Assembly (NCBI RefSeq): GCF_009914755.1
Contig: NC_060925.1
Source: the human T2T-CHM13v2.0 reference genome, Homo sapiens
Strand: one strand, 5' to 3'
Length of the DNA stretch: 64,000 nucleotides
Within the stretch, counting starts at the first letter, position 1; each line of letters starts with the position of its first letter. Below are positions 40,269 through 57,341 of this stretch, one piece after another. The notes below the pieces were generated by a model that worked only from the letters and a program-made list of their open reading frames with translations, ran no database searches and was not told the origin of the DNA. The position numbers and the translations under genes are program-made.

Positions 40269-41225
40269 TACAAAATGGGAGAAAATTTTTGCAACCTACT
40301 CATCTGAAAAAGGGCTAATATCCAGAATCTACAATGAACTCAAACAAATTTACAAGAAAAAAACAAACAACCCCATCAAAAAGTGGGCAAAGGACATGAA
40401 CAGACACTTCTCAAAAGAAGACATTTATGCAGCCAAAAAACACATGAAAAAATGCTCATCATCACTGGCCATCAGAGAAATGCAAATCAAAACCACAATG
40501 AGATACCATCTCACACCAGTTAGAATGGCAATCATTAAAAAGTCAGGAAACAACAGATGCTGGAGAGGATGTGGAGAAATAGGAACACTTTTACACTGTT
40601 GGTGGGACTGTAAACTAGTTCAACCATTGTGGAAGTCAGTGTGGCGATTCCTCAGGGATCTAGAACTAGAAATACCATTTGACCCAGACGTCCCGTTACT
40701 GGGTATATACCCAAAGGACTATAAATCATGCTGCTATAAAGACACATGCACACGTATGTTTATTGCGGCACTATTCACAATAGCAAAGACTTGGAACCAA
40801 GACAAATGTCCAACAATGATAAACTGGATTAAGAAAATGTGGCACATATACAACATGGAATACTATGCAGCCATAAAAAATGATGAGTTCATGTCCTTTG
40901 TAGGGACATGGATGAAATTGGAAATCATCATTCTCAGTAAACTATCGCAAGAACAAAAAACCAAACACCACATATTCTCACTCATATGTGGGAATTGAAC
41001 AATGAGATCACATGGACACAGGAAGGGGAACATCACACTCTGGGGACTGTTGTGGGGTTGGGGGAGGGGGGAGGGATAGCATTGGGAAATATACCTAATG
41101 CAAGATGACGAGTTAGTGGGTGCAGCGCACCAGCGTGGCACGTGTATACATATGTAACTAACCTGCACAATGTGCACATGTACCCTAAAACTTAAAGTAT
41201 AATAATAAAAGAAAAAAAGGAAAAA
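40269..41225 (+). mobile_element. 5'-truncated L1PA2-like element (ORF2 C-terminus plus 3' UTR)
   Basis: 200-aa ORF2 C-terminal ORF (40396-40998); 3' UTR GATGACGAGTTAGTGGGTGCAGCGCAC (GAG, not the Ta ACA); 17-bp TSD AAAAATTGCCTTGGTTC (40252-40268, 41226-41242). Confidence 0.93.
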
Positions 41226-41242
41226 AAAAATTGCCTTGGTTC

Positions 41243-41752
41243 AGCCTAACTTCCAGGAGCAATCAGAGCAACATTTCTCAAACAAAACTCAGATCAAGTC
41301 ACTACAAGCTCAGATCTCTCCACAGCCCCCATACCCTGGGGGAGTGGTCCCTGCTTGGCTTTGGGAAGTCCCTGCTCTTCATCCACCCTGCTGTAGTCAT
41401 ACAGTCCTTGCTGAACACACCAAGACCTGCCTGTCTTAGGGCCTTTGCACTTGCTCTTCCTCTGCCTTTGTCCTCAGACCTTTGTGTGACCATATCCCAT
41501 CATTCAGGCCCTGCTTCTGTGTCTTTGTTTCACAGAGTCCTTGTTGACCATCCTAGTTAAACATTACCACATCGTAGTTTCTTCATAGCCCTCATTACTC
41601 ATCTGAAATTACGTTATTTAGTTTTTTGTTACTTGATCGTGTATGTGCTTATCATCTGTTTTTCCCCCACCAGGATGTAAGCTCTGGGAGAAAAAAGACC
41701 ATGTGGGTTTTATAACATGTACCTTGTGTTCTCTGTGCCTAGAAAGTGCTCA
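41243..41752 (+). mobile_element. L2 relic (3' tail resumes at ~45195-45240)
   Basis: AGGGCCTTTGCACTTGCT...ATGTAAGCTC...GCCTAGAA; continues CATGGTAGGCACTCAGTCAGTATTTGTT after the L1MA. Confidence 0.7.
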
Positions 41753-42725
41753 ATATGACGTAGTTCCATTTGTCTATTTTCACTTTTGTTGCTTGTGTTT
41801 TTGGTGTCATATCCAAAAAATAATTTCAAAGACCAATGTCATGAAGCTTTCCCCTTTGTTTTCTTTCAGGAGTTTTACTCTTTCAGATCTTACATATAAA
41901 TCCTTAATCTATTTTGAGTTTATATTTGTGTATGGTATAAGATAAGGGCCCGGTTTCATTCTTCTCCATGTGGATATCCAACTCTCCCAATAACATTTAT
42001 TGAAGAGACTATTCTTTCCCCATCATATATTCTTGACAACCTTGTTGAAGATTGGTTGACCATAGATGTGTGGGTTTATTTCTCGACCCTCCATTCTGTT
42101 TCATTGATATATATGTCTGTTTTTATGCCAGTAACACACTTTTAATTACAATAGCTTTGTCATGTATTTTGAAGCCAGGAAGTGTGACGCCTCCAGCTTT
42201 GTTCTTTTTTCCAAGGAATGTGTTGGCTAGTTGGGGTGTTTTGTGATTCCATATAAATTTTAGGACTATTTTTCCTATATCTGTAAAAAATGCCATTGGG
42301 ATCTTGATAGGTATTGCAATGAATCTGTAGATTGCTTTGTGCAGTATGAACATTTTAACAATATTGTCTTACAATCCGTGAACACAGATGTCTTTCCATT
42401 TATTTTTTGTGTGCTTTATTATTTCATCAAATTAAAAAGCTTAAGCACAGCAAAGGAAACAATCAACAGAGAAAAGGCAACTTACAGAATGAGAAAAAAA
42501 ATTTGCAAACAATATATCTGATAAGGGGTTAATATCAAAAATATATCAGGAACTCTTACAACTCAATAGCAAAAATAATAATAACTTTATTTAAAAATTG
42601 GTAAAGAACCTGAGTAGACATGCAAATGGCCAATAGGTATACAAAAAGATGCTCAACATTAATAATCATCAGAAAAATGCAAATCAAAACCACAACAAAA
42701 TATCACCTAGCACCCGTTATTTTCT

Positions 42726-44484
42726 TTTTTTTAAATCAATCTTGCCAATAAACAACTTTATTTTGGTTTTTACATTCATTTATAATACATTTACAATTTA
42801 CTTACATTTACATTCAGGTCACATCCATAAATGTAAAAATGTAATTTTCATAAGCCATCATCTTACTTTTGACACTTTTATGGTTTTTTCCATATAGACT
42901 GTTTAGCTGTATATTCTTTTTTTATCTTTTGTATTTTTTGAAAGCAAAAACACGTTAAATTTTACAAAAATTATTTAATCTATATTACTCTATTGAGTGA
43001 ATTATAAATTTACTTTTAAATAGTTTTTGGTAATTATACATACGATTTTTGTATTTTGTTTGACATTTACATTAAAAGAACAAATGGATGCTAAATGCTC
43101 AAGCTAAAAATCTCTACCTTAAAATATCAACCTTGTACTGCATTATCAATTTGTTTTTCTCTGTGTGACAGAAATATTAGCTGCCTTACAAGAATCTTTC
43201 TTCCTTTCTCTTTTATTAATAGAATATTGGTTTTGTTTAGGAAGTAAATGTATCCACTTAAAAATACTCATCAAGCCAGATTCCATTCTATCTAGTGGTA
43301 GTCATGTGAGGCAGTTCCAGTGGTAGAAGCCTATCAAGTAAGACATTTGCAGGAGCTATTATTTCCTAATATAAGATGAACAGACTTCACTGGCATGTGA
43401 TTTTTGTTCTCACCAATCCCTTTCTTCTGCCCTAAGCACATGCTTGGATATGAAGAAGTTCATTGCCTATGAGAGGTAGGGGGACTGTCCACTTGCTAAA
43501 GGTGGCAGAGCAGGAAGCTAGAATAAACTTGGTCCTTCATGATTTCCTTGAGCAACTACAAGGAAGGACTTCCTATATCCTAACTTTCTGTAACATGATG
43601 AAAATAAAATCCTTGTTTAGTTGGATTTCTATTACATGTAAACAAAATGCAATACTGGCTGATAGCACTGGTTTCTTGCCCAGATCACTCTGATCTTTAA
43701 AAAGTTACATACATAAAACAATCAAAATATAAATATATATCTTTCCATGATATGATTTTAGATAACTAAGCACTTCAAATTTGTAAAGTTACTTTGATTT
43801 CATATACCAAAGAAGAACCCATGCTTCCTCCGTTTTTTCTGACTCAAAAAATAAAGGTTAGAAATCATTTTATGTCACAATTAAGGATAAAATCCTTCTG
43901 AATATTTTTATTGTGTTATAAGGCACAAGCTTTAATTACACTACTAGATTTGTCTCTTTTCAAATGAGCATATGCTTCTTTAATTTCTGCATTCAAGCTC
44001 TCCTTGAATATAGAATACCAATTACATAAAATAATTGTGTGAACTCTTACAAGGCTCATTATTTTTCTGTTTTCATAATATTCTTATACTCATTAATAAG
44101 TGCAATGAAATGTTCTAAATCATATATTTCAAACATTACTAAATAATTATCTCCATAGGTTCACATTTATTTCTTCTCAAGAGTTATTTTTGTTGCTGTA
44201 AATTAAATAAAATATAAAACATTTCAATGATCAAAGAATAATCAAAAGAACCTTGCTTAGTGGAAGTAATGAACACAAATTTATAGGTAGCCTCAAAAAT
44301 TGTTATTCAAACAGATTTCTTTAAATCTTCACAACTCACAAAAATCATGTCAGCATTTGGTAGGCCTATATCTCTTTAAGTCTTACTCCATTTGTGTTGC
44401 CATCCATTCATACCTCTTCACAATGATTTTCTCCAATTATCTCCTCATTTATGACATTTTCAGTCTCTTTCTCTTTCTAATCAA
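42726..44484 (-). other. Putative L1-mediated retro-insertion of non-L1 sequence (retrocopied transcript 3' end or orphan transduction)
   Basis: 9-bp TSD TTATTTTCT (42717-42725, 44485-44493); T-tract to 42732; minus-strand AATAAA at 42757-42762; interrupts contiguous L1MA ORF2. Confidence 0.6.
43162..43665 (+). mobile_element. MaLR MLT1-type LTR within the insertion
   Basis: TGTGTGACAGA...GGTAGTCATGTGA...GGTGGCAGAGCAGGAAGCTAGA...AATAAAATCC...CTGGCTGATA pattern typical of old MLT1 LTRs. Confidence 0.6.
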
Positions 44485-45968
44485 TTATTTTCTAAAAAAA
44501 AAAAAAGATAAGCGTTGACAAGAATGCAGAAAAATTGAAACCCTTGTACACCATTGGTAAAAATGTAAAACGGTGCAGCCACTGTATAAAACAATATGAA
44601 GATTCCTCAAAAAATTAAACATAGAACCACCATATGATCTAGCAATCCCCCTTCTGGGCTTATAGCAAGAATTTAAGCCAAGATCTCAAAGAGATGTCTG
44701 CACTCCCATGTTCATTGTGGCATTACTCACAATAGCCAAATGTGGGAACAACCTAAAATCTCCATCAATAGATGAATGGATAAAGAAAATGTGGCATAAA
44801 CATACAATAGAATATTATTTACTCTCTAAAAAAGAAGGAAATCCTGTAATATGTTATAACATAGAGGAAACTTGAAGACATTATAAGTGAAATAAGCCAA
44901 TCACAGAAGGGCAAATACTGCATGACTCCACTTATATAAAGTATCTAAAATAGTCAAGCTCATAGAAGCAATAGAAACAAACAGCAGAATGGTGGTTGCT
45001 AGGAGCTGGGGTGGGGGAAATAAGGAGTCGCTGCTTAACAGGTATAAAGTTTCGATTATGCAAGATGAACAAGTGCTAGAAATCTACTGTACAGCATAAT
45101 GTCTGTGGTTAACAATAGTACATTGGGTACTTGAAAAATTGTTAAAAGGGTAGATCTCGTGTTAAGTAATCTTACCTCAATGAAAGAAAAAAGAAGGTGG
45201 CCAGTGCATGGTAGGCACTCAGTCAGTATTTGTTTCTGACTAATACCCAACTCTCTGTGAACTGAGTTTTCCACATGTCGTGTGTGCTTGTAGCTCTCAC
45301 TTCTCCCCACCTGACTGGCCTCACAAAGACCTTTGAGATGTAGCAAGAGGACCAGGCCCCATCCTGCAGTTTATGAGCCTAGAAATCAGTCAGTGCCTTA
45401 GGCCAATTTCTGGGCACTCCCCACAGATGCCAAATTCTCAGCCTCTTTTGGATGATGATGAAATAATAGAATGGTTTGCTAGAGCATTAGGTATGGGTGG
45501 AGAGGAACATGTGGAAAGAAAAGACTTTCCTGAGGCAGAGGGATGGGTAAAGTCATCCCCCAAATCAAGGAACACTTAGGGAAAAAGGGAGGGTGTCCTT
45601 GACTTCAACTCACCATGTCACCATTGAGGAGACAAGACTTAGCAGGAGTTACCCCCTCCAGGAAGCCTTTGGCAATGTCACCTAGCTGGTTTATATCCCT
45701 TACCTGCTATAACAACCTCTAAATTACTCTATCATAGCATTTACTATATATGATTGAAATCATTTGCTTAGTCTGTTATCTACTTTAGATTCTGACTTAT
45801 AGAGCAAAAACTTAAGTCTTATGTATCTCTGAATTTTCAGTGCATAGTTCAGTGCCTGAAACATAGCAGGTCTCACTACTCATTGAGTGAATCGATTTTT
45901 TGAAGTACATCTAGCTGAGCCCTCTGTTTCCATATCACTCTTTTCCCACAGTCCTGAAGTGGACTTAC

Positions 45969-46130
45969 CATGCAAATAGCCATTCTATGTTGTTGGCATT
46001 CAAGACCACACCCCTGCATAGACCCATGGGCCAGCTGTGAGAACAAGTTCTTGAGTAGCCACACAACAAAAGGAGGAGCCCAGAGAGGCAAATCCGGGAC
46101 TTGAGTCATGAAGGTGGCATTCTTTTTATA
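45969..46130 (-). promoter_or_regulatory. Candidate minus-strand promoter and first exon (TATAAAAAG, AP-1, donor ATG|GTAAGT)
   Basis: + strand CTTTTTATA 46122-46130; TGAGTCA 46102-46108; ACTTAC 45963-45968. Confidence 0.4.
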
Positions 46131-46218
46131 GCCTTCCTTGAAGAGAAACAGACTTAGCTGTAAACACAGAAAAGTCTTCACACACCCAAGCCTGTAAGTA
46201 TGCATGTGAGGGGGCTGG

Positions 46219-46331
46219 TGTGTGTGTGTGTGTGCATGTGTGTGTGTGTGTGTGTGTTTTGCATATGTGTTTGTCACATGTGTGTGTGATGTATGTGTGC
46301 ATAGTATGAGGTAGGGGTGTGTGTGTGTGTG
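46219..46331. repeat. (TG)n-rich microsatellite
   Basis: Interrupted TG runs. Confidence 0.9.
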
Positions 46332-47669
46332 CATAGGTGCACCTCTTCTGGGATAGAGAGTAAAGAAGCTGTTGCCTATATGACTATCTCCTTCACCCCA
46401 GCCTCCCATAACCTTCTATATGGACCATTCATTCAACAAATATTGATCATGTTTAGCCCCATATTAGTTTGAGCTTGCTACTATTGAAACTACTGTTTCA
46501 CCTTCCCCAAAACAAAATTCCCCTCAGCTGCTGGTCTCATTCATTGAGATCAGCATGACTTGACTTCTGGAACATTTCTGGGACCTTATTTGGGCCTGGC
46601 TCTGTGTTAGTCTTGGGGAGGACATTTGTGGTCTGTCCTCAAGGGTTTAACACTATTGGGGTTAACAAATCATATACCCAAATGTCTCAAGAACCAAGAA
46701 TATTCTACATATCCTAGTAGATCTGGGAAAGGCTATGGAAGTGAGAGAGTCTCTATTTAGGCAGATACATTCCTTGCAGATGAGAAAAGCTTCATGGAGA
46801 AGATGCTGTCTGATTTTGTGTTTCAATATCATTTTTTTTTCTTTTTGGATCTGTGAGAAACTCAGAATATCAGACGCTGTTCATTTAAAATGGAGGTAGC
46901 TGACATCTCATTATGTTCCCAGCCCTTCTTCTGGCATCCACGCTTCATTTCCAAGAGCACTAACATGTTTCTTAACTTATCTTTGACCTCCTGGCCAGAC
47001 AGTACTCCTGTTTGCTCTTTGTCTATCGCTCTAGGCTCTGCTGCCTCTGGGAAACTCCAACCACAGCCCTGTTCCAGCCTGTGAGGTTTCCTCCACTCAC
47101 ATCCTTCCCACCCTAGACCATATCCAAATGACCTCCCCAGCTGCTCCCATCGCTAGTAGGACTTTCTTATCGACCTCCTTAAGGTCCTCAGCCTGAGGTC
47201 CTCAGCCAGAGGTCAGCTCTACTCTCTTCTTCCTGGACCTACCGTGATGATGGAAGAAAACAGAACAATTTGTGAGTGCACCCCTGGCTATCCCCAGTTC
47301 ATTCACTCCAACTTTCCAGAATTCCATTCTTTTGTGAGCAGATTTTTGAGGTCTCTTCCTCTTCTCAGAGAGTATTATTCCTCTGTCTATAGCCTGATTC
47401 TCAATAGAAACCTAGAATTCTATATTTCCATAAAAAATGAGCTCCCCCATTGGCTTGCTTTCATTTTATTCAGCTAGATTCCAGCAGCTTGAGGACAGGA
47501 TCTTTTTACATGGCTTCCATTTGCATGGCACCTGATTCTGTGCTTAGATACATGGTAGGTGCTCAACAAATACCCAGGAGGTGCATTTTGTTTATTCCCC
47601 CAGTGCCTAGCAAAGGACACGGCGCACGAAGAAAGCCCCCTACATAGAAGATAGTAGTGGGGACGAACT

Positions 47670-47671
<2 letters not shown>

Positions 47672-47707
<36 letters not shown>
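47672..47707. repeat. (TG)n microsatellite
   Basis: Perfect TG run of ~18 units. Confidence 0.95.
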
Positions 47708-47709
<2 letters not shown>

Positions 47710-49533
47710 GTGTGTAGCTGACTATAGAGAGACCCACCCTCACAGAACCTTGCTATGACCCAGAATTCCAGACACAGAGCCTAATCTCTCTTCCTGGAAG
47801 CAAGCATGATACCTGCTTGTCTGGGTTCCACACACCCACTTGCCTGTATTGTCCTGGCTGAAGGGTGTGCATGGAAAAGGAGGAGGAAAAAGGGAGGGAG
47901 CCACCACTGCCTCCTTCTACTCAGCCCCAGTTTCACTGCTAAGAGCAGAGAGAAGTTAGCCAGAAGCCAGGAGCCATGGGTAGTGGGACCAAAGGCTCCT
48001 GGGACCCACACCTGGGATCCTCTCTCCCATGCTTTGTAGCATTGTCTTGTTTCATGCCTATGAGAGACCAAACCCCAGCTCTTATGTCTGATTATTTACT
48101 GCCCAAAATGGAATTATATTTCAAATTGCTTATTTCATGTGTTTCTCCTAATTTTCTCAGGAACCAGGAAGCAAGACTGTATTTTAACATTGTAAGGTTG
48201 CATTTTAGGTCATCAGACCTAAATCTAGCAGGAGGTATGTGGTCCTCCCGAATGCTCCTGAGGAAACAGAGACCTGAGCTCAACTGGTCTCTCCCAGGTC
48301 AGAGAATATACAAGAAGATGCCCTATAGGACATCTATAGGACATCCTATAGATCTATATGTGCTATCATTTGGGACTTATCTATGACTGTGACTCTTTTC
48401 AGGCCATTGAATATCCTTCCTCCTCTGTCATTGGAGCTTAGCAGAATGTCATCTTGATTGGAGGAGGAGCTGTCTCATAAATGCTTTTTAAGATAAGTAA
48501 CTAGTAGGCAACCCCAGAGCTGGGGTGAAAAGTGGAGTCCTAGAGGAAGAAGGCAGGTGCAGCTCATCTGACTTACTCCTGCTCCCCACCCTGGACACTC
48601 ACAAGTACAAGCGCTCAAATGCCTTTGGCCTCCAGCTTAAACTAACCTGATGCACTGAAGTCTAAGGGCTTATTGCTCCCTCTTCAAAGGAGACTCACTG
48701 GAGGTTAAGTTATCTCTTTTAAGGAAATCAGGAGGGGAGCAGGGCCAGATTAGATGACGACTATCCTGTCCTTTGAGTGACGGGAGATAAAACCAAAGCT
48801 CCAGTGGTCTTATTGGGAGATCTAATGTCACCAAGACACTCCTTATGTTCTCTGCACCTGTCTTTTTCCATTTAGAATCACAGGCTTCTCCTCAGAAACC
48901 CTTGTGTCTGTATTCCAGGGATAGGGGAGCCACCCATAACAAAAAGGGAAACAACAATAACCATCTAGAAGGAAAAGGTTTTGGAGAAACTGGAAGCTCA
49001 TCTACCTCCTTCGAACATTCTACGTTTGCATCCTCTGGCTTCTCATCCAGTGGCCAGCAAGGCCCAGGTGGGCTTTCAGGGATGTCCAGCAGCAAGATTA
49101 TGTGAGCAAAGAATTCAGGCTACCTTCTGGGAATGACAAGCAGGTCCTTATTGATGGGGCGTAAAGCCTGAACCAGGGAGTGCTAAGATCAGGCAGGAGA
49201 GGTAGGCAAGCCATATCCTAACAGAACCCAGACTTTATTCTGTAGGTAGAGGAAATGAGGGGCCTTTGAGAGATTCTGTGTTGGAGAATGACGTGGTCTC
49301 ATTTACATTTGAAAATTTTTACTTTGACATTTCAGACTTAGAGAAACGTTTCAAGACTAATATAAAGATTCTTTAACACCTTTCACACAGATTCAGCCAG
49401 ACTCCTAAGTGTTGATCTTTCTCTCTCTCTCCCTCTGTATATGAATTTACATGTACAGATACATGTATATATCATGTGTATATCAAACACATGTAATATA
49501 GATTTTATATATATATATGTTTTCTTTTCTTTT

Positions 49534-53213
<3,680 letters not shown>

Positions 53214-56200
53214 TGAACATTTTGAGAGTAAACTGAAGATATGATGCCCCTTTGCCCCTAAATATTTCAGTGTATATTTCCTAAAAACAAGAAATTATCT
53301 TATGTTTGCCTTTTAAAACAATCATTTTGGCTTCTATGTAGAAGAGAGTTTGCAGAGAGAGAGACTGTAGACAAGGGGATGGGCAAGGGACCTCTTCAGC
53401 AGTGAAGGCAAGAGCTGGTAAAGCCAGGACAGCCTAGGGCAGTGACCTAGAGATGGGTCAATGGGACTTGGCAAGTGGATGTAGTTAGAGGTAGTTCCCA
53501 GCTGCTGCCAGGGCTGCCAGGAGGATGGTAGGTGTGGCGAGAGCAGGGGGAAGGGATGACAAGTTCAGTCCTGGACATGCTGAAATCAATGAGCCTTTGA
53601 AACACTAGATAAAGGTTTTTAAAATAAATGTATTTATTTTTAAATTGACAAATAATTACATACACATATTTATTAATTTATGGGGTGTAATATGTGTTTG
53701 CATAGATCAAAACATCATTGTGCCCTAAACGGAGATATTGAGGCAGCAACTGGATATATGGTGGATCTGAAGGACAAGGTAGAGGCCCAGCCTGGGGATC
53801 TAGGGATAAAAAGTTGCTGGTCCTTCGAGGAAAGGTGGCATTTCACACCATGGGCATGAAAGAGATCACCACAGAAAGCAGGAGCCTCCTGGAGGCAGAA
53901 CTGCAGAATTTCAGTCCTTCAGGGACTTCATTCCATAGCATGAGGCCATACAGGATGAGGGTATGTCTTGGTCTGCTGGGGCATCAAAGTACCCCGGTAC
54001 TCCTCTCTCACGATGGTCAAGTCACTGGGTCTGGGCATGGTAAAGCCAGGTGGCTGTGGGGGCCATGGAGATGAACTGCTCCTGACCCACGACTAAAGGC
54101 TCCCTAGGAGTCGGTAAGAGAGTGGGTGATATGAAAGAGTTAATCCTCCAGGATCTGAGAGACTGGGCAAAGGCAGAGGAGGCATGAGCCGGACTGGGTT
54201 CTGTCTCAGTGAAGTCACCATGCAGGCCACAGCATGTCTCCCAGGCTGAGAGGGATGGACCAGAGCTTCACACTGTGTCCTGGAGAGTCTGGGAGGAGTC
54301 GGGAGGGATGGGGTGTGGCTGCTATGATAAGCCTGGTCCTGCCACCTCTGCAAAGGCCTGGCTTTTAGGAACAGGGATGCCAGGAGGGGAGAATTTCCAG
54401 CTGAGATTCTGACATCACCCAAAGTCCTCATTTGTTTGGTTGGTTGGTTGGCTTTGGGTTTCGGTCAAGCCCTCTCTATGGCATCTTATAAAATGTGACC
54501 TCAAGTAAGTCATTTCTCTTTTTTCATTCACCTATTCCATATTTGTTAGTGATTAGGCTTGAGAGACCACATTAGTGGTTCTTAGGTGTTTGGGTTTCAC
54601 TAAACCTAAATTTTAAAAAAAATAGTCAATAAGGAACAACTCTTTATTTTGCCAAGTAAGGGCAAAGGCCCTTTGTAACAACCATCACTTTACAAAATAA
54701 AGATAATTTTAGTACTAGTAACTGTGAAAAGAATATAGCATCAAAAAATAAACAAAAGACCTTCCAAAGAAATAAAAGCCACTAATCTTATACCAACTGC
54801 TATAAAATAACCTTATACCAACTGCTCAGAGGAGAAGTCAGCCTCTGAGATGGGGCTGGTGTTGGCAGCAAGGCACTGGGGAAGACAGGAAAGGCCCCCA
54901 GACTGTGGACCCCTGTGGGCAGAAACATTTCTCATTTCTCTGTGGCTTGTTGAGAATGTCATCCGGTGTTGGCACAGTGCTTGGGTTGAGAGTTGGGAAT
55001 GTTTTTTTCCTGATTACTGGGCTCCTTCCAGCTCTGGCACCTGTTAGTCCAGGGCACTCTGTGGTCCTTGACCGACAGACCAGTCCTCTGCCTCTGCTAC
55101 CAGGGCAGAGGACTGGACCTTCTGGGGCCTAAAGCTTCTTTGCTTAGGCTTCTGTCATTTATTTTCTAGTGCTTGGCACAAATCTGGTGCCCAGCAGGTG
55201 ACATCCCTGACATCACTCCCTCCTCTCCAGCTGCCCTGCTGCTTCTCCTGGGTATTCTGCTCTGTCAGACACAATGTGTGTAAGCAAATGTCTTTTTTTT
55301 CCCTCCTCTCAGGCCTAATATCTGTATGCCCCATTTTTGTCACTTAGAATCATGAGGTCCCCTTGCCTCCTCCTTCCCTTTCCTTCCTTCCTCTCAGTCC
55401 TCCAGTCCTGGGTTTTCTCATTTCAAGTCATTCTTAAGCCTGTCTTCCCTCCCCACTTCTATTGCTGCCATCCTAGGTGAGGGCCCTATCATTTCTTCCC
55501 TCCCAACTGGTCTCCCTGCCTCCATCTCGTGCATCCTCACTCCTACCCCACCTCACCCTGAGTTCCACTGTCAAATCCATCCCCAGAATACTTTCAGTCT
55601 TGTCCCTCCTTTGGGAAAATTATACTGTGCTCAAACCTGGCACAGACCTTGGGGATGATTCTCTTTACAGAATAGAAAACCTGAGCCCCGGAGAGTGGAA
55701 ACCAACCATCCAAAAGCACACAATTACCGGCCAAGCTAGAAGCTAGAACACCCAGGCCTTCTAAATATACACTAGTGCCTGTCCACCTCCTTATTATAAT
55801 CAATAGAATTTTGAAAACTATACATTATACTATACATTATAACATTGGTAGAAGATTCCACCCTAAAGGTAACCTCTGCACTGTTTAGAAACAGGACCCA
55901 GCCTCCCACCCTGCAATTTCAGCTCTCCTGGCTAGTCTAGAGTGCAAGGCCTTCGCTGGGGTCTGGTCTCATGTCCACTGCCCAGTGCTCATCACCACTG
56001 CTCAGCCACTACACTCATGTTGACTTCTTCTTTTTCCAGACACACAAAGCATCTTTCTACCCTCAAACAGTTTCTCAGACCATTCTTTCATTAATTTCAC
56101 AGAAAACAATTTAGCTTCAATTCTGAACCATAGTTTTGCTAGGTGCTAGGATACAAAGATGAAGTCAGTGTTTCTTCCCACAAAGGGCCCACAGTTAAGG

Positions 56201-56803
56201 GTCATTTTCTGTCTTCCCCAGTGCCTTTCTGCCAACATCAGGCCCATCTCAGAGGCTGACCTCTCCTCTGAGCTCCTTCACCACCCTTGTTCCATATCAC
56301 CCCTCAGGTCCTGGCTCACAATGCTGGCTGCCAGCACCAGCTCCTCTGTCATAGCTGGTCTGGCCTTATTTCCCCAAGAAGATCATGAGCTCTGAGAGGG
56401 TTGGCTCTATGTGTCACACAGCTCCCCATCCCCCACAGGACTTGGCGTGGGGTTTGCCTCCTGCACATGTGCTGAGTGACTGGAACACTGCTAAGCTCTT
56501 GCCCTTACCCTCTGCCCAGATAGGTCCTGGTCTTTCTCAGGTTGGATGTTCTGCAAGTGCCCAGAACTAGAAGCCAAGTGAGTGGGTGTCTATTCACAAG
56601 TCAGAGGCATCCTGGGGGGCAGGGCCACCCACCCCTGCCCCTAGTATACACCTCCATCCCTGCCACCTCACCATCAAGTTCATGTTTATGAAAGTGAAAT
56701 AAGGAGGAGATGAACTCCTAAGAAAATCTGAAGAGGAAAATGATGTCCTCAAGAGCCATGTTGTGCCTTAGCCATATGGGAGCAACGCAGATGTGGGAAG
56801 TCA

Positions 56804-57195
<392 letters not shown>

Positions 57196-57291
57196 TCATC
57201 AACTTTACTGCATGCTGGCCTTATGCCCCCATAAATACTTGGGGCCAGAGTATAGGAAAGACCCCTGTGTTTATGTGTAAATGTGCATGCA

Positions 57292-57309
57292 TGTGTGTGT
57301 GTGTGTGTG

Positions 57310-57341
<32 letters not shown>
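57292..57341. repeat. (TG)n microsatellite
   Basis: ~25 TG/CG units. Confidence 0.95.

Larger units (their letters stand above)
41753..45192 (+). mobile_element. L1MA-class element with inverted 5' segment (41753-~42420 on minus) and an internal foreign insertion
   Basis: Minus ORF 42123-42353 [40 protein letters not shown] is L1 ORF2. Sense ORF2/3'UTR runs from ~42421 to 42716 and from 44494 to 45192. Confidence 0.8.

Noticed and set aside
54787-54825. Direct repeat CTTATACCAACTGCT x2
   Set aside because: Short local duplication with no further structure.
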